Shown here in pieces: positions 40,273 through 52,702 of a stretch of DNA of 64,000 nt. Within the stretch, counting starts at the first letter, position 1. Every line of letters starts with the position of its first letter. Position numbers and translations under genes: made by a program. This DNA comes from an uncultured Planctomycetota bacterium (GTDB lineage: Bacteria > Planctomycetota > Planctomycetia > Isosphaerales > Isosphaeraceae): the NCBI GenBank assembly GCA_963823665.1, contig CAWGMQ010000008.1:672001-736000 (forward strand), written 5' to 3'. The notes below the pieces were generated by a model, which was not told the DNA's origin, searched no databases, and worked only from the letters and a program-made list of their open reading frames with translations.

Positions 40273-42180
40273 TCAGAACGGCACAGCCGACTTGGGCGGT
40301 GGCGCCGCCTGCTTCTGCACCGGGCCCCGCCCGCCGGGTGTCGCCGCTGGAGCCCCTTTCGCGGTCGCGGTCTTGGCAGGCACCGCCGGCGGCGGTGCCG
40401 CCTTCTTCGCCGCGGCAACGGCGGCTTTCTTCGCGGCGGCCTTGTCCTTCGCTCCGCGCTCGAGCCGCGCGCGCTCGAGTGCGTCGACGTAAGCGTTGTA
40501 CGTCTCGTCGTCCAGGTAGCGGTCGATCGTCGCTTGAAGATCGGCAATCTGAGCCTGTGCGGTCTTCGTCAAGACGGCGATCTTCAATTTCGCTTGCTCC
40601 TGCGCCGCGTCGCCCTTGAGCTTCGCCAGCCGCTCGCCAAACTTCGCCGGCGGAGTCAACTGGGCGAATTCCTTCAGCGTCGTGTCCAGCCCATTCCAGT
40701 CCTCGCCGTCCAGGCGCGCCTTCATCCGCGATTCCAGCCGCGCCCGCAGCGCCACCAGGTCGACCACTTCATCCCGCAGCGAGTCAATCTGCGATTCGAG
40801 TGCCACCGTCAGTGGCTTGGGATCAAACGGAATCGGCTGCTCATCCGGCCGGCTCTCGCCCGGCATGATCGGCAGCTCGACCATCGGCTCCACGTTTCCG
40901 GCCAGCAAGCGCAGAATGACCAGCCCATCCGCAAACCCCGGCGGAAGCACGATCCGGCCCGACCGATCCGTCGTCCCCAGCTCGTGCGGCTGCCCGTCCG
41001 GAACCCGCCGGGCCGTCAGCGTATACCCGGCCGCTGGTATCATATCGGGCTTGGTCACGAACCGTAGCTTCACCGGGGTATTTCCCGGCTTGAGCCCCAG
41101 CCCGGCCAGACTGTTCGGTCGCGACATCCGACTCGAGAGCGGGTCACGCATCGGGCTGATGATCGCACAACGCGCCACCGGGCCCTCCACCGATTGCACC
41201 TGAAGATACGTGAACGGTATCCGCAGGATCTGCACCGTGCCGTTGCGGAGTGAAACCAGCCGCAGCGGCATGAACACCATCCCCTTGTTCACGACTGCAC
41301 CATAAGGGCTCGCCGGCGTGATCGCCGCGCCCTGAACCTTCAAGAGCGCCCCACCAGCTTCCTTGCCGATGATCTCTGCGGTCGGATTGAACAGCTCCAG
41401 AGCAAATTCAAGGAGCGCGCGTGGCGCATCACTGCTGGCATCCAGACGGTGTTCCTGCAGCGCGCCTAACCGCCGTGACGGCACGTCATATTCCCGTCCC
41501 ACCATCAGCAGACCCGAAGCCCCGGGCCTCGAAACGCGTACGATCCAGACCTTGTCGAATGCCGTGAAGCCGGCGAAGACTTCAGGCGCCACCGTCGCAA
41601 CGTCCACAGTAGCAAGCGGTCCGGAATCCGGCTCGATCGTGACGGCCCACGGCGGGCCGACGAAGCGCTTGACCAGAACCTGCCATTGCTGTAGCAGCTC
41701 GGCGCGCTTCGCCACGTCAATCCTGGCTGAAGGATCACACGCCAGATGAAGCGAGATTCGATACGGGCGCCGCTCGATCGCCTCTCGAGGCTCGCTCTTG
41801 GGTGCCTCTTTCCCGGAAGCCTTCGCCTGCGGATTCGCCCCATCCGCCGCCGCGGCTTTCGTCGTGCCTTTCCCCGCCTCCTTGGCCGGAGTGCCAGAAG
41901 CATCCTTGGCGGGCGTGCCAGATGCCTCCTTGGCCGTCGCATCCGACGCTTTCTTTTCCGGCGCGTCCGGGGCCTTCTTGGCGGGCGCCTCGGCTGCCTT
42001 CTGGGCCGGCGGCGCGTCTGAAGCCCTCTTGGCGGGCGCCTCGGCTGCCTTCTGGGCCCGCGCTCCCGAACCGTCCTGGCCCAGGGCTCTTCGTTCGACC
42101 ACGGGCATCATCACCAGCAGACCGACGAAAACATGGGGAATGCACACCAGCCGCCGCGGGCTGTCGAATCGGATGAACAT
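40273..42180 (-). CDS. Planctomycete hypothetical exported protein with Ala/Lys/Pro-rich repeats
   Basis: Long ORF, signal-like N-terminus, repeated AQKAAEAPAK; last gene of a five-gene operon. Confidence 0.75.
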   Translation of the reverse strand: MFIRFDSPRRLVCIPHVFVGLLVMMPVVERRALGQDGSGARAQKAAEAPAKRASDAPPAQKAAEAPAKKAPDAPEKKASDATAKEASGTPAKDASGTPAKEAGKGTTKAAAADGANPQAKASGKEAPKSEPREAIERRPYRISLHLACDPSARIDVAKRAELLQQWQVLVKRFVGPPWAVTIEPDSGPLATVDVATVAPEVFAGFTAFDKVWIVRVSRPGASGLLMVGREYDVPSRRLGALQEHRLDASSDAPRALLEFALELFNPTAEIIGKEAGGALLKVQGAAITPASPYGAVVNKGMVFMPLRLVSLRNGTVQILRIPFTYLQVQSVEGPVARCAIISPMRDPLSSRMSRPNSLAGLGLKPGNTPVKLRFVTKPDMIPAAGYTLTARRVPDGQPHELGTTDRSGRIVLPPGFADGLVILRLLAGNVEPMVELPIMPGESRPDEQPIPFDPKPLTVALESQIDSLRDEVVDLVALRARLESRMKARLDGEDWNGLDTTLKEFAQLTPPAKFGERLAKLKGDAAQEQAKLKIAVLTKTAQAQIADLQATIDRYLDDETYNAYVDALERARLERGAKDKAAAKKAAVAAAKKAAPPPAVPAKTATAKGAPAATPGGRGPVQKQAAPPPKSAVPF

Positions 42181-42200
42181 CGGAGCTCTCGACAATTCTC

Positions 42201-44844
42201 TCACGGTTTCTCCCATGAGTCCTTGGCGATCCAGGGGGCAATTTCCCACGTCTGCACGTCTTGATAGAGATCGAGAGCGCCCTTCACCGGGCCTTTGAGA
42301 CGATCGCGCCAGGCGTAGTGGTCTGCGAGCTGCCAGAGCGGAATGATCGGCAGCTCGTCGCGCGACTCGCGATCGATCTGCTGCGCCAGGGCTCTCGCGG
42401 TGGTCCACTCGGAGGCGCGCTCGAGCTGCAGCAGCAGCCAGAGCATCTCCTTGCTGGCAATCGCGGCGAGCGCTTCGGCCTCCGGCGGTGCGTCGTAGCC
42501 GGGGCAAAGCATGAGGCCGGCCTCAAGCACCGGCTCGCGGCACTCGAGCACCCGGTAAGCCAGGTCGAACTGCCGGCCGGCGCGCAGCTCGCCCTCGAGC
42601 TGCGACGGCGGAACCTCGATCGGCACAACTTCCACGCCGGCATCGCGAAACGCATCCGCGATCCGGGGAACTATCGCGCGCACCTCCGGAATCGACGGAT
42701 ACTCGAAATTCAGCTTGATCCGCGCGTTGTTCATTTCCTTGCGCGCAGCCGCCACCAGCATTTTCGCCAGCCACATCTCCGCCTCGAGCGGCTTCACGCC
42801 TGGAAAATCGGCGTAACTGCCCTTCGGAAACGGCCCGTCGGCCACCGCATTCGCGCCCTCGGCCGGCCGCTTGATCAAGTAATCCTCCAGGAGCGACTTG
42901 CGGTCCAGCGCGTATGATAGCCCGCGCCGCAGCGAGCGGCTGCGCAAGGCCTGGTTGCGGCCGTCGATCGCGATCAAATGAATGACGGGGTTCGCATAAG
43001 CGCCGACTTTGATGTCGGGAGACGCCGACAGGCCCATCACCAGATCCGGCGGCACGTGCTCGATCAGGCTCACATCGCCGCGCCGCAGAGCCCCGACCGC
43101 CGACTGTCCGCTCGGAAACCGAATCTCGCGAATTCGCTTGATCGGCACCCCTTTCTCCGCCGTCGGCGCTGGCTGGGCTGGCCCGTCCGACCGGCCTCGA
43201 GCAGGCATCTTCTCGGAAGCCAGCACGCCGGCGAATTTGGCCCCGCCCCCTTGGTCGCCGGTCTTTCCCGCCGCGACACGCGCCTCCGGAGCGACGTCGT
43301 CCCGAAGACGCAGCTCGACGCGGTCCGTCCCGGCCAGGGTGCAGATGAAAAGACCGTCGGTGACCAGCGGCCGATCACGACCCGTCGACGTGACTCGCCC
43401 GTCAAAGCCGGCATGAGCCGGGCCCACCGGGCCCAGCAGCCACGCCCCCCCTTTCAGCGGAGAGTGGTTGAGACGAAGCTCCAGCTTCGTCTCATCGACG
43501 ACCTCCACCCGATCCAGCAAATTGGCCCACCGCGCGTCGAACCGCAAGGAATGCGGGTCGGTGCGATCGATCAGGTCGCGGCCGACGTCGATTGCCGAGA
43601 CCGGACGCGAGCCGTCTGACCAGTTGAACCCCGGCCGGATCTTCAGCACCAGCCGACGGCCCAGATCAGACGACTCGATGGCCGCGCCAAGCTGGCCTGG
43701 CTTCTTGCCCTGCCGCGCAGCGTCATCGTCGCTCACCAGGATCGGCCGATACAGCAGCCGGCTGATCCGCTGGTCAGCCGGCGTGCGAATCCACGGCCCG
43801 ACCGGAGAAGACACGTCGTTCACCGCGACTTCGAGCGTCGGTTCTGCCAGGAAAGCCTTGTCATACAGCGGCTCGGTGTGTTCGAGCGCCGGCCAGATGC
43901 GCAATGCCTCCGTAAGCGCGTCCAGCCGCGCCGGCGGCGGCGCGTTCTCCGAGGCCCTCACTCGATCCGTCGCCTTGTTGATGAAGAGCGCTCGCATCTG
44001 CTTCACCAGAATATGCTCCGGCACCACCTCCGTCAGCTCGTGCAGTACCCGCCGCCCGCGCGGGTAAAGTCCCAGCGAAAGCGCCTTTTCGATCCTCTTG
44101 CCGAAAGCTTCCCCGATCTGGTCCAGCAGCCCCTCGTAGTCTCGTTTTCGCCCAAGCAGCTCACGCAGCAGCCGCAGACCGCGCTCGCCATCGCCGTCGA
44201 TCAAGGCCTTGCCGCCCTCCCTGTAGAGCAGAAGGTTCACGCGGTCAAATAGCCCGTTCCAGCCCGGATTCCGCACCTGCACCCGCAGACAGCACTCGAA
44301 CGCCTTCGTGTACTCGTGAACCGCGATCAGGTGATCACATTCCTCCAGGAGCAAGTCCTCGAAGTATTCCACCTTCTTGATACTCGCCCGCTTCGTCTTG
44401 AAGTCGACAATCTCCTTCGGCCCGCCTTGCAGCAAATGCAGCCTGACGTCGTCCTCCTCCAGACCATTCGGGTCGACCTCCTTCTTCTCGGTCGGCAGCT
44501 CGATATTGGCCTTCTTGCCGACCTCGATGTTTCCCCCGAACGGTATTTCGTTCTCTTTTGCGCTGCCGTCTCTTTTCGCGCTCCTTGGCCGGGTCGGGGG
44601 TCGGCAGTGGTCGAGGGCTCACCGGATCGACGATCAAGACTGTCCCGTCAATCAAGGTCACGCGATCAAACGGTGCCGCTCGCAACAGTTCATCGGTGGT
44701 CTTGGGCGCCCCCTGATCCTGTGCTGGAGCGCCAGCCACGAGCACGCCCGAGGCGATCGGAACCACGAGCGCCGCGACGAGTGCCAGGGCGAACGAGCGA
44801 GTGAGCCGTTTCACGAGAACCTGCCTTTCGATCACTCGATTCAA
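42201..44844 (-). CDS. ABC-type family 5 solute-binding-like protein with N-terminal helical extension; frameshift near 44570
   Basis: WSDGSRPVSAIDV, LRRGLSYALDR, ELPIIPLWQ. The N-terminal signal part is in ORF 44335-44844 and the rest in 42201-44435. Confidence 0.8.
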
Positions 44845-47800
44845 GGTTTGCCGCCCGAGCGAAGCTCGGCCGTCACGGGACGAATCGTCCCCTTTCCCGC
44901 CGGAACCAAAACCTGCTTTCCAGCCAGCACCAAACCGTCATCCGGCAGAATGCCGAGCGCGAGGCGGTCAAGCTCCGCGCCGCTCGAACGGGCGCGAACG
45001 TGAAGGTTCCCGTCGCTCGTCAGGATCCAGACCGCGTCATCCTTTACAAGCGGCGCGCCCACCGGGGCCGCCTTCAGGTTAATCGACCATTGCCGGGTGC
45101 CGTCGTGCCCCACCGCCGTCACTCCCCCCGCCCGGTCCATCACGAAGCAGCCGTCGCCGGCCGGAGACGGCGGCCCCGCAAGCGGTGCCTCGAGCGCCCA
45201 CGACCCCACCGGGCTCAAGTCCCTGGTCGCCAGCACCCGCACGTGGCGATCGGCCGTGACCACGATCACAGCACCCCCCGTCGACACTGGCCCCGCCACA
45301 ATCTCCTGCGGAAGCGTCGCCGCCGCCTCGCCGACTAGCCGCGGCACTGGCGCCGTCTTCTTGGCAACCCGGTAGATATGGCCGACGTTGTCGGCCAGTA
45401 TCACCATTTCCTTGTCCACCGGCGCCGGCGGCAGCCAGCTTCCCTGGTGGTCCCGGTCGAACTTGGGCACGAACGGCTCGGCGCCCGCCAGGCCCGTGAG
45501 CGGATCGATCAGGTACGCTCGCGCGTCACTGCCGGGAAGCAGAACACCATCGCCCCAGGCGATCGGCTCGGCGGCCAGCGCCACCGGCAGGGCGACTTTC
45601 TGCCAGCTCCCCGGCTTCACCGGATCTTGCACCCAGAACTGCTTGGAGCCGTCCTTGGGCACGATCACGTCGATCGTCTTGCCTGCAGGCCTCGAACCGC
45701 AGCCGCCGGCCCGGCGGCAGCGAAAACTCACCCGGCCTGGGAACCGCCTCGATCAGGAACCCGCCCTTGCTGATCCGATCCGCGTCGAGCACCACTTCAC
45801 GCCCGTCGCGGCCGATCAGCGAGAGCAGCCCCCGCCCGCGGACGGCCGCACCGGCCACGGCGCGCCGACGATTGTCTTCCAGACAATCCCGCTCGTGTCC
45901 GTGTCGATCGCCCAGAGCGCCACCCCGCCGCTGGCTCGATCCTGGAATGTCATGATCACCAGCTTGCCCGCCTTCTGGATCGGCTGAAGCGCCGGGCCCG
46001 GCTGCGCGATCGGCGTGTGCGGATCGATCGTGCCCTTCTCCAGGTCGAGGTCGAACCGGCCCGAATGTGCCGAAGCCACCCACAGCTCGCGATCGGACCG
46101 CGCCAGACCGAATGCCGGTCCACTCGAGACCGAATCGGCGGTCAGCTTCGACAGCGAATGAAAAGGCGCCTTGTTCGTGTAGTCTCCCACGGTGAAGGCT
46201 TCATAGCCCCCTTTGTCGCCCAGCCCCCAGACGACCGGGCCGGCGCTCACAGGAGTCTCCGCGATCCACCCGGAAACATCCACGTCCTGCACGAGATTCA
46301 CCTTCCCCCCCTCCGGGTCGAGAAGCATGACGTGCAACTGGCTGTTGTACATCGAATTGTTTTCCGGGACGATCAGGAACCGCCCCAGTCGCGCCGGAGC
46401 ACATGGGACGGACCCATCGGCATGACCGAGATACACCACCGCAGTGCACGACAATGGCTCACGCGCCAGCACGAACAGGCAATCCTGCCGGCCGATCAGG
46501 TAAAGGTGCTGGCCGGCCTCGTCGTTCACCGGCGAGCGTCCCAGCGGCCGTCCCAAGTTAACCGTGGTTTCCAGCTCGCCCGACTCGAGCCGCACCAGCA
46601 GCAGTTTTCCGCTCGGCAGCACCTGCGCAAGCAGGTTCCCCACTACGAGCGGCGGGTCCGTCGCGGCACCGCCTAACCCCAGCCGCCACTTGAGTGCGCC
46701 CGAGCGCGCGTCAAGCCGCACCAGCTCATTGTGCCGCGCATCGATCGCCACCACCGTCCCATCGCCCGGCACCGGCTGCGGCACAAACGGCGCCGCCAGC
46801 CCCAGCGGCCGGCTCCACAAAGGCGCGCCGGTCAAGCCGTGCAGTGCATAGGCATAGCCATCGGCCAGGGCATAGACATTCTCCTCCGGCGGCGGCTCCG
46901 CGGTTGTTTCTCGACCGGTGCGCATCACCAGTGAGGTCGGCGGTCCCAGCGCCTCCACACGGCCCGAGTGCTCCGCCGGACGATTTGTCTTCTCGACCGT
47001 GATCGCCTTGCGAATCGCCTCGTTCGCTGCAGTCATCCGCGTGATCAGTTCCTTGTCGCGGGCCAGGTCGGGGTACTGCTCGACCAGACCGTCCCGCGCG
47101 TCATAGACCCGCGAAGGTGCGGAATCCTTGGTCGCCTGGTCCATCTTGGCAAACGCCTCCGCACGGACCTGCGCCTTCTTCACGGCGGCCCGCGCTTCGG
47201 TCAGCTTGGTCGGCAGCCGCGACTTGGTCAGAAACGACGGGGCCGGCTCTCCGGCGACGCGAGCGTGCAAGCCGACGGTCGACTCAGCCTCGGCAAGGGC
47301 CTTCGGGTCGGCGGCTGACCGCGCGCGGTCGGCCAGGCCCTCGCCGATTTTGATGATCACCTCCGCCAGGTTGACTTGCTCGTCGCGAAATGCCGGCAGC
47401 GAGCCAACCTGCTCGACCATCTCGTTAGCGGCCTCGAGCGCCGATGACCAGGTGCCGCCTTCAACCGTGACGTACTGCCGCACATTTGCGAAAGACCGCA
47501 ACACCTTGGCCTTGCCGGCGCGCGCATCACGCGGGTTAGCCGCCAGAAACGTGTCGAAATCGCGCATCGCCGTGCGGTAGTCGCCGTCCTCGAAGTTCTG
47601 CACGGCGCGGTCGAACGTGCGCGTGGCGATCGTCGAGGCGATGATCGATTTGAGCCAGAAACCCATTCCAACCAGCAGCAGCAGCGTGGCCACCAGGCCG
47701 ATCACCAGCGGCGAGGTCAAGATCCTCTCGCGGCCGGGCGCCACAGTGCCCCACAATGCCGCGAGCCGCGCAAAGCGTTTCGCGCCGCCGGCCTTCGGTT

Positions 47801-48372
47801 GGGCCTTGGCGAGTGTTTCCTCATAGTCAGGTTCGCTCTTGCGGCCTCTGCCTAAGCCCCGCTTGAGTGGTGCATCCGCCGGCGCGATCCCGGGCTCTCG
47901 TCCCTGTGTGGTCCGAACTGAATCAAGCCAGTCGTCTTGTTCGAGCATCGGCGGCTCATCGCGCTCGGCCGAGCGCTTGCCGCCCCGGCTCGACGTGCGC
48001 CCGGCCACCACCGGAGGTGGCGCAACCCTCGTTCGGTCGTCTCCCGCCGATTTCGAGCGCCGGGGATCGCCCCCCTCTTCCTCGCCCCGGACCAGAATCA
48101 TCCGGCAGTCGCCCACCGTGATCTCGTCGCCCTGCCGCAGACTTCCCGTCGTCATTTTGTGGCCGTTGATCACCACGAATTCCGCGTCGGGCGATGCCTC
48201 GACCTTGAACTTCGGCGACTTTCCAGCGAATGCGTCCGTGCACTGGCCGGATAAATTCGCCCTGAAGGACCACGTCGCATGCCGAGCTCGTTCCAAACAA
48301 CACCGGGTGATCGCGCGAAAGCTCGACAAATTGAACGCGACCTTTACCGTCGTGAACTTCAAGTGTGGCCAT
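44841..48372 (-). CDS. FHA-TM-TPR-PQQ-like beta-propeller protein; frameshifts near 48220, 45830 and 45690
   Basis: N-terminal FHA-like region (FGTSSACDVVL...HGRI...LRQGDEITVG), TM, TPR, and repeated beta-propeller W motifs, stitched across ORFs 47956-48372, 45816-48362, 45526-46083 and 44841-45731. Confidence 0.8.
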
Positions 48373-48410
48373 GCTCGCGCGAGCTCATCCTTTCTGGGTC
48401 TCAGAACGAC

Positions 48411-49376
48411 TTAGCGAAGCGGTTCCTGGGCTGCGACCTGAAAATCAAAACCGCTGCCGCTTTGAACCACGGTGAATCGAGTAACGCGTATCTCCCCCGG
48501 CTGCCTCCCCTTGTACTTGACCTCCAGTTCGGAAAGGCGGCGCTCGGCCTCCTGCGGATAAAACTGAAACACGACGCTTTCCCCAACCTCGATTCCAGCT
48601 TTCCGCAAGAGCCCGATGTCCGCTTCCTTGCGGCCGCGACCCTGCCAGAGGAAATACAGCCGGTGGTCTCCGCGCCCCGCCCCCTGCCGCTTGGTCGGAG
48701 TCGGGCTCGAGAAATTCGAGACATAAACGAGTTGGTCGGGAGGCACGATCACGGCCATCTCGACACCCAGCGAATCGAGCTGCCGGGCATATTCACTCTC
48801 GGGCTGATTCGGCTTGTAGATGATGCTCCAGCGCTGTTCCGCCGGCACGCCGCCGTCGCCCGGTCCAAAGCCGAGGCCCGGCCCACCGGTGCCGAGCTTC
48901 GACGCCCGCTTCCCGCTCGCAACCTGCCCGCCGCTGGGCATCACCGCCCCCAGATCCACCTCGGCCAGGCTCTGCCCGGCCTCGACGGCCACATCAAGCA
49001 TCGCGCCGGGTGTCTGCTGAACCGACGGTTCCTCAAAATCACCGGCCGCCTCCTCATTGTTGGACGCCATCGCGGACGCGTCGGCTCCCGAAATGTCAAT
49101 CTTTTCGGTCGAGCCCGGTGTGCCGTCGGGGCTGCCTCCGCCCCCTCCGAACACCTCGATGATCTGCACCGGCGCACTGACCCGAGCCGCGTACGCCTGG
49201 GTCGAGACATACACAAGACCCAGCCAGGCCACCACCAGAACTACCCCGCACAGCACCGCCATGAGCATGGACGTGATCTGATCGTATTTCGACTCACCGA
49301 GCACCTTGGCTTCGATCTCAGGCTCGGCGGCACTCTTGTCGGCCGGCATCGCCGGGTGTCCAGTCATTTGACTCAT
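48411..49376 (-). CDS. Planctomycete hypothetical single-TM protein
   Basis: TM near the N-terminus, Gly-rich linker, VPAEQRW motif; ATGA overlap with the upstream gene. Confidence 0.75.
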   Translation of the reverse strand: MSQMTGHPAMPADKSAAEPEIEAKVLGESKYDQITSMLMAVLCGVVLVVAWLGLVYVSTQAYAARVSAPVQIIEVFGGGGGSPDGTPGSTEKIDISGADASAMASNNEEAAGDFEEPSVQQTPGAMLDVAVEAGQSLAEVDLGAVMPSGGQVASGKRASKLGTGGPGLGFGPGDGGVPAEQRWSIIYKPNQPESEYARQLDSLGVEMAVIVPPDQLVYVSNFSSPTPTKRQGAGRGDHRLYFLWQGRGRKEADIGLLRKAGIEVGESVVFQFYPQEAERRLSELEVKYKGRQPGEIRVTRFTVVQSGSGFDFQVAAQEPLR

Positions 49377-51034
49377 CTCGAAGGGCTCCTCGTCGGCGCG
49401 GGCGCAGATGTGCTTGCCGGTGCCGGCTGTGACGCACCATCACCATGATCGTCCAGATCGAGCGGGCGGATGGCCTCGAACCATTCGCGCCATTTCTGGG
49501 CGGCCGCTTGCCGCTGCTCAGGCGTCGACGGGCTGGGCGGTCCGTAGCCCTCGATCTTGCGCGAAAGCAAGAGCAGCCCCATCCGGGCCGCACCGACCAC
49601 CTCTTCATCTTCATTGGGGGTCACGAGCACATCGATCAACCGCGGAATCACGTCGAGGTCACCGGTGTGCGCCAGCGCCCACGCCGCCACCCCGCGCACG
49701 CCCACGTCTCTATCCGTGAGCATCTTGCGGAATCGAACCTTGTACGGACGCAGCGCTACGGGTCCTTCCTTGTAATATCGGTCAACCATTCCCGCCACCG
49801 CCGCGTCGGCCGCTTCAGCCCGGGGATCCTCGAGCACGGCCAGCATTCCTTCAATCGCGCCGTTCATCGGCCGGCTCACCACCCGCCCCCCCGCGACCGT
49901 GAGCGACGTCAGGTCCTTGGGCAGCTCCCGGCCCCCCAGCAATGTCCCGGCGCCCAGCTTCCTGATGTTGATTTTCTGGATCGTCTTGGCCGTCGACTTC
50001 ACCAGGAACAGGACCGACCAACACGTGTTCATGTCAACGCCGTGATTGCTATGCCACGACCCGTCGGAAGTCTGCCTCGAGCGGATGAACTCGGCCCCTC
50101 TCGTGTACCAGTCGACTCTTCCCAGCGTCGCCTTCTCGGCGAGCGCGCCGATTCGCTCGACGCCGTAGAGCATGTAAAAAGGAGTCTGGCCCGCCAGGTT
50201 GGCGTCCCCGGGCGCGAAATTGAGCGAAAGCCACCCGATCCCTCGCTTGATCGCCCCTTCAACCTGGGGCCCTGACGTCGAGGGCTTGAAGTTTTCGCGC
50301 GTGCCCTCGGTGACAAGCGGCGTCAAGAGCGAGCTATTGTCGCGGCGAGTCGTTCGGTAACGATCGAGCTGGCGCTGGCAGATCAGCAGGCTGCCGATAC
50401 CCGCGGCGGTCATCGCGCACGTTTCGGGCTGACTGCCCTCGTCGCGATGATAGTTCCAGCTTCCAGCCGAGCTCTGCACCGACATGTACCACGAGGCGGC
50501 CCGGTCCCACACGGCGGGGTCGATGTCCACACCAATGTTGTCGGCTTCCCACAGCCCCAGCACCGCGTACTGCGAGATCGACGTGTCGCCGGCCGATCGG
50601 TTGGAGTAATCCCACGAGCCATTGGCGTTCTGACGGCCCACAATGTAGTTGGCCACCGACGCGATCAGACTGCGGTTCGCCTCCGGATCTTCCGTGGCGA
50701 GCGCCATGATCGCCGCGCCAGCCTCGTATGTGCCGGGTCCATCCCCGATGGCGGGTGCGTACTCGCCGCCAGTTCCAAATCGCTTGCGAACCGCGCTCAA
50801 ACACGACTGAACCGTCGGATCATTGTGAGGAACTTCCGCTTTCATCAGAGCCAGCGCAATCATCGCCGCCTGGCCGGGCGCTGTCGTGTTCTGCTTTTTG
50901 AGAAACGCAACGCCCGCGTTCACCGCCGGCTCCTGCTGGGCCATGGCCGCCGGCGAAAGAACCGTGACGAACAACGCCGCATAACCGGCGAAAAGCCCCG
51001 GCTTCCCGTAGCGCTTGATCATTGTGGGGTCCAT
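49373..51034 (-). CDS. Prenyltransferase/squalene-oxidase (QW) repeat protein with C-terminal HEAT repeat
   Basis: [41 protein letters not shown]; signal peptide. Confidence 0.85.
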   Translation of the reverse strand: MDPTMIKRYGKPGLFAGYAALFVTVLSPAAMAQQEPAVNAGVAFLKKQNTTAPGQAAMIALALMKAEVPHNDPTVQSCLSAVRKRFGTGGEYAPAIGDGPGTYEAGAAIMALATEDPEANRSLIASVANYIVGRQNANGSWDYSNRSAGDTSISQYAVLGLWEADNIGVDIDPAVWDRAASWYMSVQSSAGSWNYHRDEGSQPETCAMTAAGIGSLLICQRQLDRYRTTRRDNSSLLTPLVTEGTRENFKPSTSGPQVEGAIKRGIGWLSLNFAPGDANLAGQTPFYMLYGVERIGALAEKATLGRVDWYTRGAEFIRSRQTSDGSWHSNHGVDMNTCWSVLFLVKSTAKTIQKINIRKLGAGTLLGGRELPKDLTSLTVAGGRVVSRPMNGAIEGMLAVLEDPRAEAADAAVAGMVDRYYKEGPVALRPYKVRFRKMLTDRDVGVRGVAAWALAHTGDLDVIPRLIDVLVTPNEDEEVVGAARMGLLLLSRKIEGYGPPSPSTPEQRQAAAQKWREWFEAIRPLDLDDHGDGASQPAPASTSAPAPTRSPSR

Positions 51035-51186
51035 TCGAAATCTACACCCTTCAGTCTCGAGCGGCGTCTTGCTTCGCTGGAGCCACCCCTCGACTTCATC
51101 ATTTTATCCGGGCGCGTCGCCATGAGAAACGGCTTCTCACTGGATTCCGATCGAATTGGGTGATAAAAAGGAGCCGGTCCTCCAAG

Positions 51187-52701
51187 ATGCACTCTACACA
51201 ACGTCCCGGCGAGGCCGCTCTCTTCGGCCGGTATAACTTGAGCGCCTACGACGAGATGTTCGCATCGCCCGATGCGCCGCGATCCCATTACGCGCCCCTC
51301 TTCGAGCGGTTAATCGAATTGGGTCCCGTCGAGCTCGAGCGACGCAACAAGTTGGCAGACTTGACGATGCGCCAGCAGGGCATCACGTTCACGGTCTACG
51401 GCCGGAAGCAGGGCGTGGAGCGCATCATCCCGTTCGACCCCATCCCGCGCTTGATCGCCGCCGCCGAATGGGATCGGATCGAGCGCGGCCTCATGCAGCG
51501 CGTGCGGGCTCTCAACCTCTTTATTCATGACGTCTACCACGACCGCCTCATCCTCAAGGACCGGATCGTTCCTCCCGAGCTGGTCTTCGGCGCCACCGGC
51601 TATCGCCGCGACTGCGTCGGGCTGCAAGTCCCGAATAACATCTATATCCACGTCGCCGGCATCGACTTGATTCGCGACACCGATGGCCGCTACCTGGTGC
51701 TCGAAGACAACGGCCGCACTCCCTCCGGCGTCAGTTACGTGCTCAAGAACCGCCAGGTCATGAAGCAGGTCTTCCCGCTCTTGTTCGACCAGTACGTCGT
51801 GCGCCCGGTCGAGGACTACACCGATAACCTCCTGGCAGTCCTGCGCTCGATCGCCCCCGCCGGCTGCGACGATCCGACCGTCGTCATCCTGACGCCCGGC
51901 ATGTATAACTCCGCGTACTACGAGCACAGCTTCCTGGCCCGCCAGATGGGTGTCGAGCTCGTCGAGGGCCGCGACCTGGTGCTCGATCGGGGCCAGATCT
52001 TCAGACGCACCACCCGCGGTCTCAAGCGGGTCGACGTGATCTACCGGCGAGTCGACGACGATTTCCTCGACCCGCTCGCCTTCCGTCCCGAAAGTATGCT
52101 CGGTGTCGCCGGGCTGCTGGGTGCCTACCAGGCCGGCAACGTGGGGCTGGCAAATGCCCTGGGCACGGGCGTCGCCGACGACAAGGGCATCTACCCGTTC
52201 GTTCCCGATATGATCCGCTTTTTTCTGAATGAGGAGCCCATCCTGGACAACGTCGAGACCTTTCGCCCACTCATCCCGTCGCACCGGCAGCACATCCTGG
52301 CCAATCTCGAGTCTCTCGTCGTGAAGGCCGTCGATGCCTCGGGTGGATACGGTATGTTGATCGGCCCCGCCTCCACACGCGCCCAGCGCGACGAGTTCGC
52401 CGCGAAGATCGAAGCCAACCCGCGCGGTTTTATCGCCCAGCCCACGATCTCGCTCTCGCGGCACCCCACCCTGGTCGACGGCCGCCTGGACGGCCGCCAC
52501 ATCGATCTGCGGCCGTTCGTACTTTACGGTGAAGACATCATCGTCATGCCCGGCGGCTTGACCCGGGTGGCTCTTCCGGAAGGGAGCCTGGTGGTCAACA
52601 GCTCGCAGGGCGGTGGAACCAAGGACACCTGGGTGCTCCACGACGGACCAAACCGGCCCCCCTCGGCAGGGCCAGCCGACCCGGCGCTCTCGGGGAACTG
52701 A
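51187..52701 (+). CDS. Circularly permuted type 2 ATP-grasp protein
   Basis: [52 protein letters not shown]...[15 protein letters not shown]. Confidence 0.95.
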   Translation: MHSTQRPGEAALFGRYNLSAYDEMFASPDAPRSHYAPLFERLIELGPVELERRNKLADLTMRQQGITFTVYGRKQGVERIIPFDPIPRLIAAAEWDRIERGLMQRVRALNLFIHDVYHDRLILKDRIVPPELVFGATGYRRDCVGLQVPNNIYIHVAGIDLIRDTDGRYLVLEDNGRTPSGVSYVLKNRQVMKQVFPLLFDQYVVRPVEDYTDNLLAVLRSIAPAGCDDPTVVILTPGMYNSAYYEHSFLARQMGVELVEGRDLVLDRGQIFRRTTRGLKRVDVIYRRVDDDFLDPLAFRPESMLGVAGLLGAYQAGNVGLANALGTGVADDKGIYPFVPDMIRFFLNEEPILDNVETFRPLIPSHRQHILANLESLVVKAVDASGGYGMLIGPASTRAQRDEFAAKIEANPRGFIAQPTISLSRHPTLVDGRLDGRHIDLRPFVLYGEDIIVMPGGLTRVALPEGSLVVNSSQGGGTKDTWVLHDGPNRPPSAGPADPALSGN

Positions 52702-52702
52702 A

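Noticed and set aside
41860..42060. Tandem DNA repeats as a separate element
   Set aside because: They are in-frame low-complexity Ala/Lys/Pro linker repeats within a CDS.
51310..52641. Long antisense ORFs (also 21587-22717, 23700-24860, 26327-27418, 36566-37945)
   Set aside because: Shadow ORFs opposite well-supported genes, as expected at high GC.
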